Shown here: positions 25,605-37,325 of the stretch, piece by piece | How positions within the stretch are numbered: position 1 is the stretch's first letter | Layout: every line of letters starts with the position of its first letter | NCBI RefSeq assembly: GCF_006345805.1 | Contig: NC_043000.1 | Span: 57,970,001-58,034,000 of the forward strand | Direction: 5' to 3' | DNA length: 64,000 bases | DNA from: Octopus sinensis | Taxonomy: Eukaryota | Program-made: the position numbers and the translations under genes | The notes under the pieces: generated by a model | What the model saw: only the letters and a program-made list of their open reading frames with translations | Told to the model about the DNA's origin: nothing | Databases searched by the model: none

Positions 25605-26870
25605 TCATCATCATCATTTTTTTTTACATTAACTTTTCTATGTTTACATTGGAAAGGATCTTTCCAGCACAGTATCTCAACACATTGCAGTCATTTGTCA
25701 TCTCCTTTGTGAGGCTTAGCCTCCATCTTTGAGACCACCTTCTCTACTTCTTCCTATGCTTTCTTCATCCATAGGTTCTTTCCACTCAGATCCTATCTCA
25801 TAAACCTTTCTTTTCAGCCTTCACTTCATGCAACACTACTTTCTACCCAAACATCATACAAATTGTCATTCACTTGGAAAGAGAATCTCTTTCTTGCTAG
25901 CAGAAGTAAAAAATAGCTCCCTGAACTCTTTCCATCCCATTCTTCTGTTAGCTATTATGTTTTTGAAGCATTCACCTTCACTGCTAATTAGGTATCCCAG
26001 CTAACACAAGCTACTTCAGTTAACTAGGAGACGTAATCAGCAATGCTACTTTAATTACTCCAAAGGATCTTTCTGAACATCTTAAGGAATTCATTCAAAG
26101 GATGCTCTTACTGCAAACTATATTTGTGCATCTGTTACGTTGGAAGTTTTCTTTCTCTGTCAACCTGCTTGCAATACCCCAAAACCTTTTGTTGCACCCA
26201 TAATTTACATACGGTACACAATATGAAATTTCAACCTAGATCTTCTCTGCAGGAGAAGCATGACCACTTCCCATACATTATCAGAATCAAGTTTTCTTTC
26301 CTGCTAACTAAACTTTAGTCTTTGTTTTGTTTACTTTGAGGCATCTCAGTTCTAGATCTTGTTTCTGTATTTAATATCTTGTCTCTGAATTTTTGAGATT
26401 CAGCTCTGAGATCTATATCAGTGCCATATAGGAGTTCTCATGGATAGCCAGTTTTAAATTCCTATGTTATGGCCTAGAAAACTATAATATATTGGAAAGG
26501 GTTAATAACCAAGCCCTGATGGATACTTACTTGCAAGTTAAATTTCTCCACCTTGCAAACAGCTTCTGTATATATAGCTTGCATAACTCTCATAAGTCAC
26601 TGATATACATCTAGTTTTCTGAGTAACCACCAGACTACAGAGCACAATGCATTGTTAAAACCTTTCTCCAAATGAATGAATGCTAAGTATAGTGTCTTGC
26701 ACTTAAATAAGATCTTCTGTGGTTGTCTCACTGAGGCAAAGATATTGGTGACACCTTATCCAAGCTCAAACCCAAACTGCATATCATTTAAGCTAATTTT
26801 CTTTCTTATCAGTTGTGCTAACATACCTTCTGTTACACTTCTTGCTTGGTCCGTCAATTTGATGGAATAG
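25605..26870 (-). mobile_element. Degenerate RTE LINE (RT domain to 3' tail)
   Basis: Minus translation includes LIRKKISLNDMQFGFELG*GVTNIFASVRQ (RT) and LGYLISSEGECFKNIIANRRMGWKEFRELF. A (CAT)n tail lies near 25605. Confidence 0.7.
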
Positions 26871-28869
26871 TACAGCAGAATGATTCTTAAAGGACCATAG
26901 AATAGTGTATATGAATGATTGTTTATAAATATAATCAATAATTATTTTAGTAGACTTGTTTGTTTTGAAGCTATCAATAGTTTATTGTTATTTTTTCTTA
27001 TATTTTCTTAAATGAATGCATTGCATTAGTACATATCTCCAATAACTTGGCTTACAAACCTCACAAAATATATTTATCTTTCTTAATTTATTTTTCTTAA
27101 AGAGAAAGAACAGAAGAGAAGTGAAAGAAGAAAATAGAGAGCGAAAGGAAGAAGAGGATTAGAACATAAGATATAAGATGTAAGATTAATAAGAAAAAAG
27201 AAAGAAATAGGATGAAACATTTTGAAGAAGATAAAAAATGTACAGTAAAATAAAATAAAGAAAAGGAGAGTAGAATTATACAATGTAGAAAACAGAAAAG
27301 GTCTGGAGAGAAAAGAAGAACAAATGAGAGAGAGAACTACCGTTACAAAGGTAAAAGAGATAGATGAAAGAAAAAAAGAAAGATACAGAATGAAAGGGAA
27401 AGCGACAGAGTATAAACTAGTAGAAATACATTTTTACTACAGAGAATGGAATCTAAATAAAATAACCACAAAAATTCTCTCTCTCTTTCACACACACACA
27501 CACATGCATGCAACACATATCTAAGAAACAGCAGGAAAAGGAAGAAGAACAGAGAGAAGGGAGAGACAGAGAATAAGAGATTTAATTGCAACTGAATTAT
27601 ATCAACACAACAAAAGGCCACAGTTTTGTTTTCACATGATTTCAACATATGTTGTTGGACAGCAGCATTTTACTCAGCAGCTGTCAAATATATGTATTGA
27701 AATAAGCATAGGAATGCAGCTGCCAGCCATTTGAACACTAATGCAACCACTGTAATTAAAACAATGAGAACAAATAATATATGCACCTATGTTGTAATAA
27801 GAACACTGAAAATGGCAAAAATCAGAATTCCTTTCAACAAAGAATTCTATTCAAGAATTTCCTTCAACATATATACAAACACACACATAACCACTACCAC
27901 TACTGAGAAGGCCCCTATGTCGTCACTGTATCTGCAAGAAATAGCAAAATCTCCCTTAAATCACACCAAACTATCATAAAATGAGGGAAGGGACATGCTG
28001 GATAATGTAGTGGGATGGTTGTGACAGAAGTGCCTTTGACCTCAGGATAAATAGCAACAACAACAACAACCATACAGCAATACACACATTCCATACCATA
28101 CATTGATTAAAACATTTCATATATATTTTTTCCCTCCCTTTGTATAGTTTTATATTTATCTTTTTCAGGATTGCATGAGTGAGATGTGTTTTTCGTTTTT
28201 GTTATTTTACAGTTGGATAGTCTTCCTGATAATAACTACTCAACTATGAAGCAAGAGTGAAACATGTCTTTTGTAAATAAGGCAAAATGGGGCATGCAGA
28301 ATTATGTCACAACATAATTAATGGCTGTTCAAGATTTGTACTTTTGGCAATGTGTTATTGGATTGAATATATAATGAATATAGTTTACCATTCAATACTT
28401 GCATTGAAAACACTGAATTTTCCTTCACTTTTTCTTTCATGTGTATGCTTTGTATTTGTTGGGTCTAGCGAAGAAGTACTATTGGCCTTTGGAAGCCTTC
28501 AAAAATTGATGAAATTGAGGCTGTCAATATGCTACTGTTACAAGCTGATACCTGCTAGGAAAACATGAAACAGGAAGGAATCCCAAAAGCATAACATTCT
28601 GGAGAGAAAGGACTGGAACCTGTGAGAACTGGACACAAGTGATAGGAAGAGAGACAAGTAAATCAAGAGTGCCAGAGTAGACATAATATGTGACCAGCCA
28701 GTTCTGACAAACACACAAGCCATTCTTGTAGTGGTAGAGAAGGTAGAGAGAGGAGACTGTAGGCTAGAGTCAGAAGTGTATCTATATGAGTGATTTTGTG
28801 CTAGTGCAGAATGTCTGTATGGGTAGCAACATCCCAGATACAGGAATGATACTATTCTATGGGGCTTAC

Positions 28870-28899
28870 CTGAAGAATAAAATATTTTCCTGTACACAA
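28870..28899 (-). CDS. Candidate 30-nt phase 1-1 exon (xVYRKIFYSS)
   Basis: Minus-strand tttttatag|ttgtgtacaggaaaatattttattcttcag|gtaagc. Strong donor; phase-compatible with the 9688 exon. Very short, so chance is not excluded. Confidence 0.2.
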
Positions 28900-30630
28900 C
28901 TATAAAAATATTTGATGGTATGCACGGCCACCAGTATAGCTAAATCCCAAATTTTAAAACTTAAATATCTAATACAAATTTTCAGTATTCTTAACCACCA
29001 TGTCATAAATCAACAAATATATTCATTTATTCTTTTACTGGTTCTAGTTATTGGCATGTGACTCTGTTGTGGTGTTGGCTTCAAAGGTTTAGTCAATTGT
29101 ATTGATCCTAGTACCTATTTCAAACATTTTGTCATTCTTTGTTTGTCAAGAAGCTAAGTTACAAAGCATAAACAACATAAACAGCAACACCAGTTTTAGA
29201 TGGTGTAAAATTATGTCACACTGCCTATGTTGTTTTCACAGCCATCGACTTGCAGTTTTTCAAGAAAATCAACTGAATCAATCTCACCACACTTATAGGG
29301 CTTGTAAAGGCCTTGAGCATGGCTCATCCCTCTGCTTATATTATGGGATAGAAACAAATATCACCAATGCTATTTTGACCAAACAAATTAGTAAATATTT
29401 TGACTCCTTTGATCAAAACAGTCTGGTTGCCATGTTAAATAATAATATTGTATTGAAAATAATACTACTTTGAGATAGGTTTGAACATGGACCCTTTATC
29501 TTTAACACAAATGCTTAATGCTCTACTCTACTGCTTCATATTTCATTCTAGAAATGTAGATATTTAATTCTAATGTTTTATTGAGTATTCTGCAGTCAAT
29601 TCCCGGTGAGCCATAACCATAACCAAGTTTCCTGTTCTCAAGTATAAACTATTTCATTTGGCTTATATTACTGATGCCCTTAGAAATGGTATCAATGCTA
29701 CAATTCCCATTTTTTCATTATCATGGGTTGGACAAAGTTTATTGCAGCAAGTTTTCTATGGCCTGTTTCCAAGCAATATAATACTTCTCCATGGCCAGAT
29801 ATGTTCTCACAGAATATTTGAAATAAATGACAGTGATAATCATTTTACAACTACCACATGATGTCAAGACAAAGAGACACAAGCATACACACACACTCAT
29901 ATATGTGTGTGTGTGTGTGACAGCCTCCTTTCAGTTTCCGTCTACTAAATCTATTCACAAGGCTTTGGTCGGCCTGGGGTCATAGTAGAAGAAAGTGCCA
30001 CACAGTAGGACTGAGCCCAGAACCATGCTGTTGGGAAGCAAACTTCTTACCTCACAGCATCTATTGACAGTTACCCTGGGAAATGAACTCAAGAAAATAA
30101 ATTTTCCTCTTTAAACAACAGAAATACTGTTTAAAACAGTAATCCTTTAAATTTCGTATACAAATATGTCCTTAAATCTATGCTGGCAAAGGAACAGATA
30201 AGTTTACAAAAGCTACCGGAAAAGAAAATACGTTGTCACAAAAATGTCATTATAACATGCTTATTCTAAAAAATAAAATAAACAATGTTTAGCCACACCA
30301 ATAAAAGTCTGAGGTAATCTTAAAGTCTTCTTGACATTTACTTCTACTCCAAAAAAGAATTTTAATGAAAACAAAGAAAATAAAAAAACCAAACAGCTGA
30401 ACATTTCAACATTTTACTATTATTAGAAGAGAGTAACACTGATTTTCAGTGATACAAACAAATCAATTTATAAAAATCTCAGTGGAGATTGTAAAGAGAT
30501 AAGAGACAAAAAAAAAGTGGAAACATTAGGTGACAAAATAAATGGTAATATAAGTTATGAATGCATTTATTATTTGTTACATAACCAATTGCAAGTAATT
30601 TTGATGACACTTCTTTCCGTTTTCTTGTAG

Positions 30631-30728
30631 ATTGAATGTCAGTGTGAGAGAAAGGGGTTTTCAGAAGCCAAACTGGGTTATCAGTATCATTCCACTATCA
30701 AATATTAGCACTCTAGACCAACCACTAA
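30631..30728 (+). CDS. Candidate internal coding exon (xLNVSVRERGFQKPNWVISIIPLSNISTLDQPLx)
   Basis: Acceptor ttgatgacacttctttccgttttcttgtag, donor taa|gtgagg. 98 nt with only one frame open (phase 2 to phase 1). Non-repetitive. Confidence 0.45.
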
Positions 30729-31339
30729 GTGAGGAATGGTGATGTACTATAGTCTCAACCTCCCCACGAAAGAAACAAACAAAAAAAAAATCTGTTTCTT
30801 AATCAACTCTTTATCTATGTATTCATTCATTTATGTAAGGGGCTAGAATATCAACCCTTAAATCTGAAGACTGAAAAATTTGGCGGCAGAATAGCTAGAG
30901 TCATCAGTTACATGCATAATTTGTATGTGGTAAACATATTTTATTTAGTTTTAGTTATTTGGCTAAGGTTCTACTAAGTCACCATTTTTAGAAGTGATCA
31001 CATGGACCAAAGACTTTAATCAGAAACCTTGATATCTTAATCAGATATTTATTTAATAGATTTTTATTTATCAACTGTCTAAGTTAAATTTCAATGTAAA
31101 GGGAAGTAAGCTGAGGTAGTTTTACACCAGCATACACAAACAGAAACAACACACACACACACACATTTAATCCTGAATTAAGGTGGCTACTTTATCTATG
31201 CAGTAAGAGAATGAGAATGAGGTTTGGTAGGCAGTATTTAATCCTTGATATTATAGATTAAGAAAATGCCAAGAAATGTAGAATATCTGGTAGAATTTTA
31301 AACAATTGGTGCAGGCGTGGCTGTGTGGTAAGAAGTTTC

Positions 31340-32470
31340 CTGTTTTGTACAACCTACAACCGGAAACTCTACAAGTCTAACTGGAAACCAATTAAGCATG
31401 AGATTTAGCAATTGTACAAAACCTAAAATTCTCTATCTGGAAACAGTTTAAGTCACCTTTTCAATAATATATGCATAAAATATGTACAAAAGTGGAAGGT
31501 CCATATTTACAAATATATCATTTCTAGTGGCATTGGAATCTCATGTCATGCTGAATGAAAGTCTCAGATTACATAATAGATAAACCACTAACAGGGAGGG
31601 CAAACCTACTTAAGGATGCCACTCAAGAAATTAAAAATATAATGAAAAGCTTCCAGAAAAATAAGAGTGCAATACATTTAGGATTGTAGAAAACAAAAAC
31701 GGCTTAAATTTTCTATAGGTTTGCAGAAAGAACAGCTTCAGTGCATTACAAAATAGTGTAATTACTTGCAGGAAATAGATGAATTACGTTAGAAACAGTT
31801 TACTTAATTTTCTATCACTGAACGATTGGTATTTCCACTACCCTAAAGGTACACATGTATATAATGGATGGAGGAAGCTAAAGGTATACATCAATTACAG
31901 CTTTATAAAAGATGTATTATCTGCCATAGATAAAATGTTCTTGAACTCAGCAACAGGTCTTGATGGTTTCCCAGTAAGCTTCAAAAAATTATTAAAAAAA
32001 AAAAAACGCAAAAAAACTATATCCTAACCATCTCAAATACTTTTTCCTACACTCCTTTAGGACTGATACAATCTCCAGGAAGTCCTAACCATAGCAAAGG
32101 AAGCAAAGCAGATGCAAAAACAAAATTACAGACCTATCTCTCTCACTTAACATATTACTAAGATCATGGAACAAATTATCAGAGAAAATTTGATTACAAT
32201 CTTGGAAGCATATGTCTTAAGTGATGCACAGCATGGTTCAATCCAGGTAGAAGATACTTCACACATCTGCTGTAACATTACAACTATCAGTTAGTCAGTT
32301 ACTCAAAAGTAGAAGTGATATACCTGTACTTTTTTGAAAAGACCTACAACATAGGAAAATGTCATAAGCCTTGTGATTTCAGTAATGTTGGAAACTATTA
32401 GAAATAATAGAAGAATGGTTGTATAGTTTTTTTCCTTTTCAGGTAAGAAAAGTCAAGTTGTTGTAATGTC
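31340..32470 (+). mobile_element. Degenerate CR1/Jockey-group LINE RT fragment
   Basis: Frameshifted motifs VLSAIDKMFLNSATGLDGFP, KGSKADA..NYRPISLT, KIMEQIIRENL and SDAQHG. Confidence 0.7.
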
Positions 32471-32553
32471 AAAATTTTTACAAAACAAAAAGAAAAAAAA
32501 AATGCCAGCAATACTGTGTATTTCAGAAAACTTTCTAAGGGGTTATTACTATA

Positions 32554-32715
32554 GGCGCAGGAATGGCTGTATGGTAAGTAGCTTGCTTACCAACCACATG
32601 GTTCTGGGTTCAATCCCACTGTGTAGCAACTTGGGCAATTGTCTTCTGCTATAACCTTGGGCCGACCAAAGCCTTGTGAGTGGATTTGGTAGACGGAAAC
32701 TGAAAGAAGCCCGTC

Positions 32716-32747
<32 letters not shown>

Positions 32748-32958
32748 GTTTGTGTGTCTGAGTTTGTTCCCCCAACCTTGCTTGACAACTGATGCTGGTG
32801 TGTTTACATCCCCGTCACTTAGCAGTTCGGCAAGAGAGACCGCTAGAATAAGTACTAGGCTTACAAAGAATAAGTCCTGGGGTCGATTTGCTCGACGAAA
32901 GGTGGTGCTCCAGCATGGCTGCAGTCAAATGACTGAAACAAATAAAAGAATAAAAGAA
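32554..32958 (+). mobile_element. SINE family A, full length, relatively young
   Basis: Retains CpGs (ccgaccaaagcc, gtcgatttgctcgac) and a (gaataaaa)n tail. Confidence 0.85.
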
Positions 32959-33435
32959 TTGCTAATAGCTCATTCATAAGTATTTTTAGTAATTAGAACA
33001 GTTACTACATCTGTGTTGATGATAACAAATTATCAGAGATAATCAAAATGCCATATTCTGATGGTCTAAGAAAAACAACTTGCAATTCAATACTGGGAAG
33101 TTGCAAGCACTCCACTAACAGTCTTTTAACATGCTGCCATATGGATACACAACATCAGTGAAGTTGTAATCCTTAAGTGAGAATTGTGTGCAAAATATTC
33201 TGAGGAACGATGATGTTCTGGCAACATGGCATTAATTAGAAAGAGAGTGAGGAAATCATCTATGGAAAATTACTTGTCCTCAGTTATTTGGGTGATTACT
33301 CCCAGTTATGACCCAAGTATAGAGTGAAGCTCATTGTTGAAATGGTTGTAATCTAGCATTCGTGTATAGAGAAGAATGTTTCAGTGTTGCAGCTTCCTTA
33401 CTGAGAAAGCTTGGAAGCTAAGATTACACCGTATG

Positions 33436-33481
<46 letters not shown>

Positions 33482-33544
33482 TACATACATACATAAATAT
33501 ATATGTGTATATATATATATATGCATATATGGGTACAGGACGTC

Positions 33545-33805
33545 ACAAAACGTAATCAACACGAAATACAAAGACAAACTTGCATACAATGAGAGAAACA
33601 AACAGACAACAAGACAAGTAACATAAAAAATGATCCTTTATCAGTTGTTGGCTGTCCATCAATTTCGAGCAATTAATTGCTCGAAATGAGAGATGGACAG
33701 CCAACAACTGATGAAGGGTCATTTTTTATGTTACTAGTCTTGTTTTCCATTTGTTTCTCTCATTGTTCGCAAACCCAAGTTTGTCTTTCATATTTCATGT
33801 TGTTT
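33545..33805. repeat. Long imperfect palindrome centred at 33674/33675
   Basis: Perfect core atttcgagcaattaattgctcgaaat, with arms extending about 125 bp. Confidence 0.8.
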
Positions 33806-34552
33806 TCGTATTTCATATTGTTTTAGTGAAAACTAATATTAGTTTTGCATTGATATATATATATATAGGTATTTAAAATATTTATGAATGAGAAAAGGAA
33901 GAAAATGGAGAAAGTGACATACAGACAGTTTATTCAAAGATTTTCAAATCCATATAATGAAATTCCTGTCCTACAGCCGTTTCCACACACAATTAGTTCA
34001 ATTACAGAAATAAAATAAAATAAAATTAATTTAAAATTTCTTATTGAAACTGGTTAATTGGGCATTTCATCAGGGGAGTTACATGTCAATGTGTTGGTTG
34101 ACCTACGACAGACTCAGATATGTACATTGTTTAAAAAGCCATTATTTTCATATATATACATATAAACAAATATGTTTGATATATTTGTGCACATGCATAT
34201 GTAATACATGATGGTTTTTATTTATTCATGGTGTGGTAGTTAGGGCAAAATAGAGAGAGAGAGAGAGATTAAAGCAAGCGAGAGAGAAAGATGGGTAGAG
34301 AGAGAGTGAATGAGAGGGTGGTAACATTCATCAAGTAGTTGTGCCTGCATTTGTAAAAAATACTGAAGACCACAAAAAATATGATGTATCAAAACTGCTA
34401 GTTAATTACCATCTATTAGTGTTGTGTTATCAATATTTGTGTGTAAATCTATGGCCAATATAAACTTCGCAAACTAAAGCAAAACCTAAACTTTACCAGA
34501 TACTATTTATAGATAATTTATATTAAAAGTAAGTGCACTAACATTGTAATTA

Positions 34553-34802
34553 AATAATAAATGCACCTTTTTAAAGCCAGGCTCATGGGCCCAGTTTCCC
34601 AGTTTCTATGGTGTATGTGTTCCCCAGCTGGACGGGATGCCAGTCCATCGCAGCGTTACTCATTTTTGCCAGATGAATGAACTGGAGCAACGTGAAATGA
34701 AGTGTTTTGCTCAGGAACACAACGTGTCGCACGGTCCACGAACTGAAACCACAATCATACGATCATGATGCTGACACCCTAACCACTAAGCCATGCACCT
34801 CC
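34553..34802 (-). mobile_element. SINE family D with target-site duplication
   Basis: tRNA-like head at the right end. cactaacattgtaatta is duplicated at 34536-34552 and 34802-34818. Confidence 0.85.
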
Positions 34803-35280
34803 ACTAACATTGTAATTACTATCAAGATAATATATATATATATATACATATAGTTGTATTTTGGGATGGTAATTTTTATGTCTTTTGCCAAACAAACACA
34901 CACACTATATAGTTGTTCTTCATTTATTTATTACTGTTCTTATTTTTTTATTTTAACTCATGTCCATTGTCCAACAATGGACATGAGTTAAAATTAAAAA
35001 AATAAGAAAAGTAATAAATGAGTGAAGAACAAATATATTGTGTGTGTGTGTGTTTATTTGGCCAAAAACAAAAACAAAATGACCATCCTGAAACACAACA
35101 ATATCTGTTTCAACACATGATTTCACATCAGGAATCTTGTAAAGCAAATTGATAAACGTACATATATATATACTTTATTTAAAGCAGCAGAAAATTCAAC
35201 AAAATCTGTTACTCTGAGTTTCTACTGGTATTTGAGTACTCTTTTTTCCACCTTGTTTCACATTTATGTGTTTACTCCGG

Positions 35281-35318
<38 letters not shown>

Positions 35319-35541
35319 TGTTATTTTAGCTACAATTAAACTATGACCATTTAATACCAATGATCAAATTGTTAATTGTTGTCCCATTTCTTTTCTTATC
35401 TGAATATATTAAACCATGGTTTACCATTTAAATTACCAACTACTTTAAATCTTATAGCAAGGCCTATACATAGTGAGGTAATACACCAGTAGTGCCTATG
35501 GATGCATTTATCCCTTAGATGGTTGCATAACTTCTAACTCA

Positions 35542-35576
<35 letters not shown>

Positions 35577-35934
35577 GTGTATATGTGTGTGTATGTATTT
35601 ATGAGCGTGTCTTTGAATCTGTGTTTGTCTCCCACCACCACCACCATCACTTGACAACTGATGCTGGTGTGTTTATGTCTCTGTAACTTACTGGTTCAAC
35701 AAGAGACTTATAGAATAAATAATAGGCTTACAAAGAATAAGTTCTGGGGTTATTTGACTAAAACCTTTTAAGGTAGTGCTCCAGTCAAATGACTGAAACA
35801 TATAAAAGAATACACACATACACATACATGGAAGGTATTGAAAGTACTAGTAGCAAGTATTGGCACTGAAAGCTGGGTAAATATCTGGACTAGATGCCTT
35901 ACACAGTGCCAAGACCTCACTATCTCTACATTCA

Positions 35935-36050
35935 TACATATGTATGTATGTATGTATGTATGATGTATGTATGTATGTATGTATGTATGTATGTATGTAT
36001 GTATGTATGTATGTATGTATGTATGTATGTATGTATGTATGTATGTATGT
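35935..36050. repeat. (TATG)n microsatellite
   Basis: Direct reading. Confidence 0.9.
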
Positions 36051-36585
36051 AGGCACACACACATGCATGGGCACACTCACACATACACATGCTTAGATAC
36101 GTACACACACATACATAAAAGTAGTGGAATGAGATAAACAACAGTGTAAGCTAACTACTTTAAAATAATTAGTTCCATTTCACTTGGTTTTGAGTTCACA
36201 TCTTCTGGTGTAAATAAATTAAAAGACAAACAATCAATCCACTTGACTATGCCTACCCCCTACACATTTATGATGTTGAGTCACTGTAAGAAATCAATGT
36301 TCGAACAGTGAAAGATGGCCAATATGGCAAAAATTAACCAATACTAAAACGTCAGTTTTTAAGATTAGTCTTCGATGATCCTAATTCAAATCTTACCAGG
36401 GTTGACTTTAACCCAATAGCATTCAGATTACTTTGTCAAATGTAATGTTTATTCACACTGCTTTGAAATAATCATGCATTATCTCATAGCTTCAGGATTA
36501 TGATGATGTGATTGTATACTTTTAGAATATGCATTGTAGAGTGTATGTGAAAGTCTGGATCTGGTTGGTTTGAACATTATATATA

Positions 36586-36624
<39 letters not shown>

Positions 36625-36625
<1 letters not shown>

Positions 36626-37325
36626 ATTTAGAGAAAAACCATTATTAGACAATTCAATAAAGAAAGATGTTATTCACACCATATAGAAAACATATACTAT
36701 AAAAAAAACTTATTTTAAAAATCAATAAAGTACAATAAATAGTAAATAGTAGTAAAAAGACTATGCACGTTTTATAGCTATATTTTCAAATAGATAATAA
36801 TAATAATAAAATCAAATCGAGTTAACGAAAATCCTTCAACAAGTTATATTTTCATTTTAAGAAATATTGTTAAATGCTTTTCAATTATTTATAGTTAATA
36901 CATGTATTTTTTATATATTTATTTGATAATTAGTATAAGTTAAGATAAGTACATATATTCTATTATTATTTATTTTATTTATTATCTTAGACCTGATGAG
37001 TGACTATATTTTTAAAGAGAATTAATTTTAGTTCGATTTAATTTTGAAAAGAATTGATTTTATTATTATTATTTATTTGAAAATATAGCCATGAAATGTG
37101 CATAGTCTTTTTACTACTATTTACTATTTATTGTACTTTATTGATTTTTAAAATAAGTTTTTTTTATAGTATATGTTTTCTATATGGTGTGAATAACATC
37201 TTTCTTTATTCAATTGTTTAATAGTGGTTTTTCTCTAAATTATATTCATATATTATATATTGTGAAATTTCATTTAAAATTGTTTTTTTCCCTGTAAGTT
37301 TTGGAATTATATTCTCTACTATTAT
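36625..37325. mobile_element. AT-rich foldback element (arms ~36625-36815 and ~37054-37243)
   Basis: Arms are near-perfect reverse complements (gatgttattcacaccatatagaaa / tttctatatggtgtgaataacatc). Outer ends and right flank match the 17.2-kb element. Confidence 0.7.

Noticed and set aside
32425-32448. Recursive-splice-like motif ttttccttttcag|gtaaga on the plus strand
   Set aside because: It lies at the end of the CR1-like RT fragment, where the sequence corresponds to the W..FL..R.Q.VV motif, so it is most simply LINE-derived.
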